The notes beneath the pieces were generated by a model. The model ran no database searches. It saw nothing but the letters and a program-made list of their open reading frames with translations, and had not been told where the DNA came from. A stretch of DNA of 64,000 nucleotides from Oligoflexia bacterium (GTDB taxonomy: Bacteria; Bdellovibrionota; Bacteriovoracia; Bacteriovoracales; Bacteriovoracaceae): NCBI GenBank assembly GCA_015232355.1, contig JADFZW010000016.1:33419-97418 (forward strand). Reading direction: 5' to 3'. Positions 45,989-53,641 of this stretch are shown here, in pieces; the stretch's first letter is position 1, and every line of letters begins with the position of its first letter. Position numbers and translations under genes: made by a program.

Positions 45989-46987
45989 TTAACTAAGAAT
46001 AATATCCTCTCTCAAACCATTAAGAAGTTCCACATCACTACAACACTTCTTCCCTTCAAGTTGAACTCTAGATAAACGAAGAACTTTTATTCCAGGTGTT
46101 CCAGGATTAATCCCTACAATAAGTCCTCCCATATCTCTTTTCACTTCGCCAGCTTTAATATTTATGTTCATCGTAATCGGAGTAACTTCAAAAATTTTTA
46201 ATCGCTTGTTATTTAAAAAACAATAAGTCCCAGGCCAGGGATCTAGGGCCCGCACTTTTCTATCTATTGTTATATAATCATCTTTGGCAAAATTAATATG
46301 TCCATCTTCCCTCTGAAGGCAGGGAGCATAGGTAACATTTGCTTCATCTTGTTTTTCATAATTCAAACTACTATTCGAACTACTATTCAAAACATTTTCA
46401 ATAAAGGAATTCGTTGAAAGGGCCGCTAAAAATTTTAACCTTGTAAATAATTGCCCACCCGTTTCTTTCTCTGAAATAGAGATAATATCTTTTTGAACAA
46501 CATCACCTGCATCCATCTTTTTAACCATCTTTTGGATAGTAATTCCTGTGCTCTTTTCTCCTTGAAGAATTGCATGCTGAATCGGCGCGGCCCCACGAAG
46601 TTTTGGTAGAATAGAAGCATGAATATTAAAGCAACCAATAGCAGGAAGGTCCAAAATCTTTTTTGCTAAGAATTGGCAAAAGGCCAAAACCAAAATTATA
46701 TCTGGTTGATTTTTTCCATCAGGTAATTGAAATTGATTTAAAAATTCAATCTCCTTATTTATATTTTCAGTCTGAAACAATGAAATATTGTTATCCAAAG
46801 CAAATTGCGCTACTGGAGGTGGAGCAATCTTATGTCCTCGCCCAACTGGTTTTGATGTTGGAGTTATTATATGAGATAGAAAAATATTTGGATGATTAAT
46901 AAGTAAATCTAAAGTCGGTAAGCAAAAATCAGGAGTACCACAAAATATCAAATTTAATTTTTTATTTTTATTCGCTTTAAAATCCAT
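45989..46987 (-). CDS. fmt: methionyl-tRNA formyltransferase
   Basis: IFCGTPDF, NIHASILPKLRGAAPIQHAI, and position next to def. Confidence 0.95.
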   Translation of the reverse strand: MDFKANKNKKLNLIFCGTPDFCLPTLDLLINHPNIFLSHIITPTSKPVGRGHKIAPPPVAQFALDNNISLFQTENINKEIEFLNQFQLPDGKNQPDIILVLAFCQFLAKKILDLPAIGCFNIHASILPKLRGAAPIQHAILQGEKSTGITIQKMVKKMDAGDVVQKDIISISEKETGGQLFTRLKFLAALSTNSFIENVLNSSSNSSLNYEKQDEANVTYAPCLQREDGHINFAKDDYITIDRKVRALDPWPGTYCFLNNKRLKIFEVTPITMNINIKAGEVKRDMGGLIVGINPGTPGIKVLRLSRVQLEGKKCCSDVELLNGLREDIILS

Positions 46988-46992
46988 ATTCT

Positions 46993-47739
46993 CTATCTCT
47001 TTCTCTTCATCAACTTCCTCTTATGAAAATTTCGTTTTAAAAGACTTAAATGGTCCAAGAGAACCATTCCCTCAAGATGATCACATTCATGCTGAATACA
47101 TATTGAAAGCAAATCTGTAGCATGTAAGAATTCTTTTTCTCCCTTCAGATTGAAATATTCCACATCAATCTCTAGTGATCTCTCTACATCTTCATGAATG
47201 CCAGGAAGTGATAGGCATCCTTCATTGCATTTTGTGATACCCACACGATTTACAATCACAGGATTGATAAGAACTAGTGGATGAAAATTATCAAGCTTGT
47301 ATTTAGCTTTTACTTTTTTCCCTCTCTTCTTATTCTCATCATTTTCATCAATATCATCATCCTCTTCTTCTTCTAAATCCTCATCCTCCTCACTATCTTC
47401 ATCTACACTTTCACCATTGTCACCCTCACTATCAAGATCAAGCGAAACAATCTTATCTCGTGTGTAATCAACATCCACAACAATCAATCGAAAACTTTTA
47501 CCTACTTGAGGTGCTGCAAGTCCCACTCCTGGCGCTAGGTATAAAGTATAAAGCATATCTTTTGCGAGATTTATTAATTCTGGAGTAATTTTAGTAATAT
47601 CAATTTCAAGAGCTTTTTTAGACAGAACAGTATGAGGATATATTAAAATATCCAATTTATTTCCCTCTAATTTATACTCTCTTAAAAATTGCAACTTAGT
47701 CTCTATCTCTACTTGGTTTTGATTATTACTTGCATTCAT
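46993..47739 (-). CDS. def: peptide deformylase with a ~55-aa acidic insertion
   Basis: Motif 1 GVGLAAPQVG, motif 2 EGCLSLPG, and motif 3 HECDHLEG are present. An Asp/Glu-rich insert lies between motifs 1 and 2. Confidence 0.92.
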   Translation of the reverse strand: MNASNNQNQVEIETKLQFLREYKLEGNKLDILIYPHTVLSKKALEIDITKITPELINLAKDMLYTLYLAPGVGLAAPQVGKSFRLIVVDVDYTRDKIVSLDLDSEGDNGESVDEDSEEDEDLEEEEDDDIDENDENKKRGKKVKAKYKLDNFHPLVLINPVIVNRVGITKCNEGCLSLPGIHEDVERSLEIDVEYFNLKGEKEFLHATDLLSICIQHECDHLEGMVLLDHLSLLKRNFHKRKLMKRKR

Positions 47740-47819
47740 AAATCAAAAGATTAATAGAAATTTACCTGAATGTAAAAGTAAAAAAGTAAAATCAAGATAG
47801 TATTAAGATAGCATGTCAA

Positions 47820-48560
47820 TTACAAATTTTTCCTACAAATCCTTCTAAAAACATAGTGGATCATAAAAAAAATGACAAGTAATGGTCTGAAAATAAGATT
47901 AGTCAGTATGAATGACAACAGCAAATGCTTTTCGCAAAATTTTATTAGTGGCAATGAAACAAAATAATAATTTTTAACAAACAAATGTCCATGCTTAAAG
48001 TAATGATCTAACAGAAACTCTTTAAAGCATCTAAGTTCATTGGTAATAACATGATCATTACCAAAACAATGAGTGGCCACATAACATTTTTTTGAGTCAA
48101 TATATATTCGTTTATATGCCTCTTTGAACTCTAATTTGTGAATATTTTTATCCTTTCTAATGAATTTTCGAAGCATCTCTGCGTTTACAATCTGATAATC
48201 AAGTCCAACTGTAAACTCCAAAAACTTTTCAAGGCAACGCCTAAATTCTTTCTCTAAGTTAGGAGAGCGATCCAATATTTTCACCTGCTCCCAATAGATG
48301 TGACTTATCAGAAGTAGCTCAGTTAATTCTCTTTTTATATCAAAATGCTTTGGAGAAAGATTTACAAGCTCTATATCCTTAACCTCTGCTATCAGATTCA
48401 GATAAATATTATAATATTTAATAGCATTTAAAAAATCGCCTTTATATTTCATCTCGTGAGCTTGTTTAACAAAGGTCATTCTATGCGTGTACTTTTCATT
48501 CAGTGCCCGCATATTTTTTTTCTTCGGTTTATCTTTCTTATCTTCCATAAATATCATCAA
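47820..48560 (-). CDS. hypothetical protein (TPR-like N-terminus, Cys-containing C-terminal membrane-associated domain)
   Basis: Long ORF in an operon-like run. C-terminal CYVATHCFGNDHVITNELRCFKEFLL is followed by hydrophobic helices. Confidence 0.4.
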   Translation of the reverse strand: MMIFMEDKKDKPKKKNMRALNEKYTHRMTFVKQAHEMKYKGDFLNAIKYYNIYLNLIAEVKDIELVNLSPKHFDIKRELTELLLISHIYWEQVKILDRSPNLEKEFRRCLEKFLEFTVGLDYQIVNAEMLRKFIRKDKNIHKLEFKEAYKRIYIDSKKCYVATHCFGNDHVITNELRCFKEFLLDHYFKHGHLFVKNYYFVSLPLIKFCEKHLLLSFILTNLIFRPLLVIFFMIHYVFRRICRKNL

Positions 48561-48578
48561 CCTCAGCTTTGCAATCTA

Positions 48579-49070
48579 CTACCAAAGCACATATAACCCT
48601 TTTATTAAATCATCATCCGATAATTCATCCGTAGATGAAAACATCTTTGAATAATCACTTTGACTACTTAATTTCGAATCATTCGTAATTTCGGAAACCT
48701 TCGAAACTTTAGAAACCTTAGAAATCTTAGAAACCTTAGAAAAATAATTAATCGGAAGAAAATGTTTTTTACATGAAGGGCACTGCTTAACTTCCGTATA
48801 TGATTCTATTATACTTCCACAACGATGACATTTTTTTATCAAAAATTTTCTATCTACAATATCTACACTATTTACACTCTCTGCTTCGATAAATTGATCA
48901 ATAATAGAAGTATTCTTTCGAGTAATGTTAACTTGATGATTGGTTAGTGCAGAAACATAGGTAGAATTCTTTTCAGAATCTATCTTTTCATCGGTGATTT
49001 CTTTGTCTTTCATAGAAACCCACCTCTCTGGCGGAAAATTTATACCCTCCTTTGTATGTTTTACTTGCAC
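48579..49070 (-). CDS. hypothetical zinc-ribbon protein with a (SKV)n repeat
   Basis: CHRCGS...CPSCKKHF zinc ribbon. A 9-nt tandem repeat encodes SKVSKISKVSKVSKVSE. GTG start is uncertain. Confidence 0.4.
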   Translation of the reverse strand: MQVKHTKEGINFPPERWVSMKDKEITDEKIDSEKNSTYVSALTNHQVNITRKNTSIIDQFIEAESVNSVDIVDRKFLIKKCHRCGSIIESYTEVKQCPSCKKHFLPINYFSKVSKISKVSKVSKVSEITNDSKLSSQSDYSKMFSSTDELSDDDLIKGLYVLW

Positions 49071-49222
49071 CTTCCATGCTACAACGACCTATATTCTCTT
49101 CGAATTATCTTTTAATAACTTGAGATAATATATGCATTGTTTGAAATATTTTCATAATAAAAATAAAAGCAAAATGGTTTTGTATTGTATTAGGCGTCGT
49201 ATTAGGTATCGTCAGACTGAGA

Positions 49223-50401
49223 TTATAGATTTGTATTTTTATAAAAAAATGATTTAAATATTTTAGGGCATTGAAGCGGTTGTTGAATTATTGAAGATTT
49301 ATCTAAAGAATTATTTAAAGAATTATTTTGTGATCCTTGTGAATCTAAATACTGAGTGTTCTTTTTCTTCAGTAATGCTTTTCGCAAATCATTTGACTTA
49401 GACAAATCCATTTTTATTGAATTGTTCTTTTGCACAGGTGGATTTTTATTCTTCTCCTCATAATTATTGAAAGTATTCGCAAAAGCTTCGACATTTTTCT
49501 TTGAATTATCAATAGTCAAAATGCAATTATATTGAAGCTTATTTCGAGCTAAGAATAGGTATAGCATTTTACCTTTATCTCTGGAAGTAGTTAAATATAC
49601 TCCATCCTTATACATCACAGTTTGTGGTTGTAATCTTAAGTTATATTGTCTACCGTGATAATATTCTAAATTTTTTTTATCAATAGATTCATCTTCACTT
49701 AAAGCTTTCTCTATACTTTCTTGCGAATAATTCATCAATTTAAAGTCTTGATCACTCATCACTGGACTTCTTGGAATTCCCGCCAAATCTTTTTTATCAA
49801 TTACCTTGGGTGCTTTTTTGCTAAAATCAATTCCAAATGTCTTTAATTCATTATTTGTATTTGAATAAAATTTTTCTCCTGCAGGTCTGGATGTTAAGGC
49901 CATGATATCGAAATTTGTTTTCTTTTGTAATTTGGTAAATATTTCAGGAATATCATCTTCCATCAGGCACATCGATGCATAATCAACTCTTTTCAATAAA
50001 TTTGATTTTTGCTCAGATATTTCTAGGAAAACCTTATTAATCACTTTTGTATCATTCGATAACTCTTCAATAGTAGCTAAAGTGTCTATTTTTTCACTCT
50101 TGCATGTGAAAAGTTTTACATCCTTATTTTCTTTCTTTCTTTTTTCACAAAAATCTGGAAAATCTCTTGTAAATAAAGTTTCATCTATATCAAAAACTAA
50201 AAGACATTTAGTACTTTCATGTTCATATTCTTTTTTTGAAAGCTCAACAATAAGCTCTTTCATATTCTTTATATCTGAAATTTCACCATTACATTTTGCA
50301 AAGGTAGTAGTTTGCGATAATAATAAATTAAATCCTGAAAATATGAGTATTAAAGTTAATCTTCTAAAATAGATATCTCCTATAAAAATTTTCGTATACA
50401 T
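49223..50401 (-). CDS. secreted HAD-superfamily-like protein
   Basis: Has a signal peptide. LVFDIDETLF is the DxDxT HAD motif I. The rest is unassigned. Confidence 0.45.
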   Translation of the reverse strand: MYTKIFIGDIYFRRLTLILIFSGFNLLLSQTTTFAKCNGEISDIKNMKELIVELSKKEYEHESTKCLLVFDIDETLFTRDFPDFCEKRKKENKDVKLFTCKSEKIDTLATIEELSNDTKVINKVFLEISEQKSNLLKRVDYASMCLMEDDIPEIFTKLQKKTNFDIMALTSRPAGEKFYSNTNNELKTFGIDFSKKAPKVIDKKDLAGIPRSPVMSDQDFKLMNYSQESIEKALSEDESIDKKNLEYYHGRQYNLRLQPQTVMYKDGVYLTTSRDKGKMLYLFLARNKLQYNCILTIDNSKKNVEAFANTFNNYEEKNKNPPVQKNNSIKMDLSKSNDLRKALLKKKNTQYLDSQGSQNNSLNNSLDKSSIIQQPLQCPKIFKSFFYKNTNL

Positions 50402-50471
50402 ATATTCTCCTTTGATGTTACAATTATTTTACAATTTTATATACGTCCATAATTGTCGTCAAGAGTGAATA

Positions 50472-50867
50472 ATGGAAGATAAAATTATAGATTTTCTTAA
50501 AAACAAGTATAATCCTATAGCAATCTACCTCTTTGGCTCCTACTCAAAAGGTAATATGACCTATGACAGTGATATAGACATTTCTATATTACTAAATAAC
50601 ATTACAGTAAATGCTAGTAATTTATTCGATTCGGCCCAAGAATTAGCAGCGATTATAGGATATGATGTGGATTTAATAAACTATTTAACAGCACCTCTTG
50701 CTCTAAAAATCCAAATCTTACAAAACAAAAGAGTAATTTATTGTAATGATAATGAAAAAAGATTATTTAATGAAATGATCACACTTTCTCTATATCAAAA
50801 ACTAAATGAAGAACGAGCATTAATATTAGAAAATGAATTTGGAGCAAATGTATGGAAGTTATTTTAG
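50472..50867 (+). CDS. MNT-type nucleotidyltransferase (MntA-like antitoxin)
   Basis: YLFGSYSKGNMTYDSDIDISIL is the GS...DxD motif. The ORF overlaps the HEPN gene start. Confidence 0.85.
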   Translation: MEDKIIDFLKNKYNPIAIYLFGSYSKGNMTYDSDIDISILLNNITVNASNLFDSAQELAAIIGYDVDLINYLTAPLALKIQILQNKRVIYCNDNEKRLFNEMITLSLYQKLNEERALILENEFGANVWKLF

Positions 50868-51267
50868 AAAAAACAACATCCATCAAAAGATGTATAGAAC
50901 GAATTAAAGAAGAGTACGGCAATAATCCTCTGAACTTACAAAATATCACTAAACAAGATTCAATCGTTTTAAATCTGCAACGTGCTTGCGAACAAACTAT
51001 CGATATCGCTAACTATTTGGTTGCAAAATTTAAATTAGGAACACCCAAAAATAGTCGTGAATCATTCGAATTAATATCTAAAGAAAAAATTATAAGCGAA
51101 GATATTAAAAGCAGAATGCATAAAATGATAGGGTTCATAATTATAATAAATTAGAATTGCCTATATTAGAAAGTATCTTAAAAAATAGAATTAACGATTT
51201 TATTATCTTTTGTGACGAAGTTTATGCTTATCTTAAGACAATACACACGCAGGTGCCGGCCGACTAA
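50852..51267 (+). pseudogene. HepT/DUF86-like HEPN toxin gene, disrupted at the catalytic motif by a frameshift
   Basis: Frame A ends ...SRMHKMIGFIIIIN* at 51154. A different frame, open 51124-51267, continues ..RVHNYNKLELPILESILKNRINDFIIFCDEVYAYLK, the expected DUF86 C-terminus. No intact R-x4-H-x-Y exists in a single frame. Confidence 0.6.
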
Positions 51268-51656
51268 AATGCGGGTCGAATAAAATGTGGCATTTGATAT
51301 GGTATCGGTAATGATAATTCCATAAAACCACTATACTCACCATCTTTAAACCATGGCGTTTGATAAATCATTTTCTTTATACCGTTTTTTTCTATTGTAT
51401 AACTGTTACCCTTTCCACTTGCAAGCATCTCCATCAATTTAGTTCTTGCAGGTTCCGGATGACAATCACAAAGTTTTGTTCCAATAAGTTGTTCGCCCCC
51501 AGATTTTGCAAATGTTTTTTTTGATAGATCGTTCATATATAAAATTATTCCATCGCGATCACAAATAGTGATAGCACAACCAAGCTCTTTCATATACTGA
51601 GGTAATTGTAGCTGTAGTTGTAGTTGAAGTGTCTCTTCTGGTTGTTTTATTTCCAT
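51264..51656 (-). CDS. stand-alone PAS-domain protein
   Basis: AITICDRDGIILYMNDLSKKTF...GTKLCDCHPE...NGIKKMIYQTPWFKDGEYSGFMEL fits a PAS fold pattern. The N-terminus carries (LQ)4. Confidence 0.65.
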   Translation of the reverse strand: MEIKQPEETLQLQLQLQLPQYMKELGCAITICDRDGIILYMNDLSKKTFAKSGGEQLIGTKLCDCHPEPARTKLMEMLASGKGNSYTIEKNGIKKMIYQTPWFKDGEYSGFMELSLPIPYQMPHFIRPAF

Positions 51657-53350
51657 TTTCTTATCTCTTTATCTTGAAATAGCACAAATTCGCCAACATC
51701 AAATCTTATATAATTTTTATTATCATCTAAAATCTTAATAAACTCTAATGTCTCATTTTTTGAGTATGGATAATTACCTAAAGTAGTATTAAATAGATAA
51801 TTTTTCACACTCATATTACCATTCATATTAACGTTCATATTTCTATCCAAACACTCTTTGGTAAATATTGCAATATTTTTTATATTTCCATTCTTGTAGT
51901 TGTATTTAAAATGAGGAACTAGTGGGCCCTGAATACAACTAAATTCTTCATCGATGTTTATTAATTTTTTAATTTTTGTAAAATCACCATACCCTGAATT
52001 TATTTGATTATAGCGTATATATCCACTACCAATAGAATTTCCTAAAATAAATATTAGTACCATTGCAATCTTTAAACTATTTGCATAAGTTTGTTTATTA
52101 GTTATATTAGAAGGCAGAAAAGAATCTCCATTTAAAAATAGCAAAAAAGAGTAAAAAACAAATGGTATATAAGCAGATGAGTAGTGAATTAATAGCATTC
52201 TAATATCAAAATAATTAGATGTCGCAGTTATTGCAACTTGTGGGAAAGTAGCTATTAAATGAAATGGAGTTAATAGAGGTAAAAACAAAAAACACATCAA
52301 CTCTTTTAATGCTCCACTTTTAAATACGTCCACCAAAACATCTAGTGGATGAGTTAACATTCCTAAAATAATTCCTATTTGAGTAGTTCCATATTTTGAA
52401 ATTATGGAAGTCATAACTATTGTCTGAATGCTGGGATCACGACTAGCAGGTATGATAATAGAAAAGTTTAGATAAAAAAATGCAGCAGACACCGCTGCGG
52501 CCGCCATCAAAAACCATATCCCTTTCAAATTGCTTTTCCCTATTGTTTTCCTCATTATAAGCAGCACTGTCAGCGCCAACGATGTAGAAAGCAAATACAA
52601 GCTAGCATCCTCTTTTATTGTATTAATAATAATGGCGGTAAATAGAAGGGCCCACCATTTTCTAATCTCAAAAAAGTAGAATACCCACAAGAATAAGGGA
52701 ATATAAAAAACTTCAAAGTGAAAATTATAGCGTAACACTCGTATTACAGGATTATAATTAAAAAATAAAAATAGAATTATAATCTTATATGTTGATGAAA
52801 TATTCATTTTTTTCATTAAGAAGTATAATGGAATTACAGCAGACCAAAGTACAAACGGATGAAGCAATAAGAAGAAGTGTGGATCACTAAAAAATTTATG
52901 AATCGGATAGAGCAGTAGAAGAAACGGAGTAACATGTATAGCGAAGTGATTATATCCAAGAACCGTATGATACATAAACTTTCCTGCTGCCGTAAACGGC
53001 AACATATGATCTACTACCGCAAAATCAATTCCATCAACAGCAAAGGAATAATAATTTAGGAGTACCATCTTGATATAAGAGAGAAGATAAAATATGGAAA
53101 TGCCTGCTATTATTTTAAATTCTAATTTTGATTCTAAATTAAAATCAAGGTATCTTCCAATATGAGAACGTATACTCGAACTAAAACTAAAAAGTGCCAT
53201 CCCTGCTATCAATACAAAGAAAAAATTGCGATGATTTGATAAAACTGTTGGCCAAAAAAATGTTCCAGAAAAAGCGAAAGGAATCACAAATGTTGCAATA
53301 ATAAAAACATAGAAAAAATAGAATATTTTTAAATTTTTCATATCACTCAC
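51647..53350 (-). CDS. DUF2079-family polytopic membrane protein
   Basis: DFAVVDHML, GYNHFAIHVTPFLLLLYP, YNFHFEVFYIPLFLW, and TIKEDASL fit DUF2079 landmarks. More than 10 TM helices. Confidence 0.6.
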   Translation of the reverse strand: MSDMKNLKIFYFFYVFIIATFVIPFAFSGTFFWPTVLSNHRNFFFVLIAGMALFSFSSSIRSHIGRYLDFNLESKLEFKIIAGISIFYLLSYIKMVLLNYYSFAVDGIDFAVVDHMLPFTAAGKFMYHTVLGYNHFAIHVTPFLLLLYPIHKFFSDPHFFLLLHPFVLWSAVIPLYFLMKKMNISSTYKIIILFLFFNYNPVIRVLRYNFHFEVFYIPLFLWVFYFFEIRKWWALLFTAIIINTIKEDASLYLLSTSLALTVLLIMRKTIGKSNLKGIWFLMAAAAVSAAFFYLNFSIIIPASRDPSIQTIVMTSIISKYGTTQIGIILGMLTHPLDVLVDVFKSGALKELMCFLFLPLLTPFHLIATFPQVAITATSNYFDIRMLLIHYSSAYIPFVFYSFLLFLNGDSFLPSNITNKQTYANSLKIAMVLIFILGNSIGSGYIRYNQINSGYGDFTKIKKLINIDEEFSCIQGPLVPHFKYNYKNGNIKNIAIFTKECLDRNMNVNMNGNMSVKNYLFNTTLGNYPYSKNETLEFIKILDDNKNYIRFDVGEFVLFQDKEIRKWK

Positions 53351-53517
53351 TTATTAAAAAATCTGTCGAAATAGCTAAGGATCCAGTTAATAATTTATTA
53401 ATTACATGCCCAGAAAGAACATGATACTCATGCTCTATCGATAAAAAAGTTTTGCTCTAGAAATAATATTTATATATGTCACTCATAATTGTTACACAAT
53501 TATAAAAAAATATTTTT

Positions 53518-53628
53518 CCTGTCGGCAATGCCGACAGGAAAGAAAAAGAAAAAGAAAAGAAAAGAAAAGAAAGCTCGGACGGGCCGAGCTAATAAAACAA
53601 ATCATTAAAGGGTTGCATGCGCAACCCT
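53518..53628 (-). terminator. three tandem GC-rich hairpins plus a 37-nt polypyrimidine tract (minus-strand sense) downstream of the AAA+/DUF1566 gene
   Basis: AGGGTTGC-ATGC-GCAACCCT at 53609-53628, AGCTCGG-ACGGG-CCGAGCT at 53572-53590, and CCTGTCGGC-AAT-GCCGACAGG at 53518-53538. Each is followed by T-rich sequence on the minus strand. Confidence 0.6.
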
Positions 53629-53641
53629 AAAAACCCAACGC

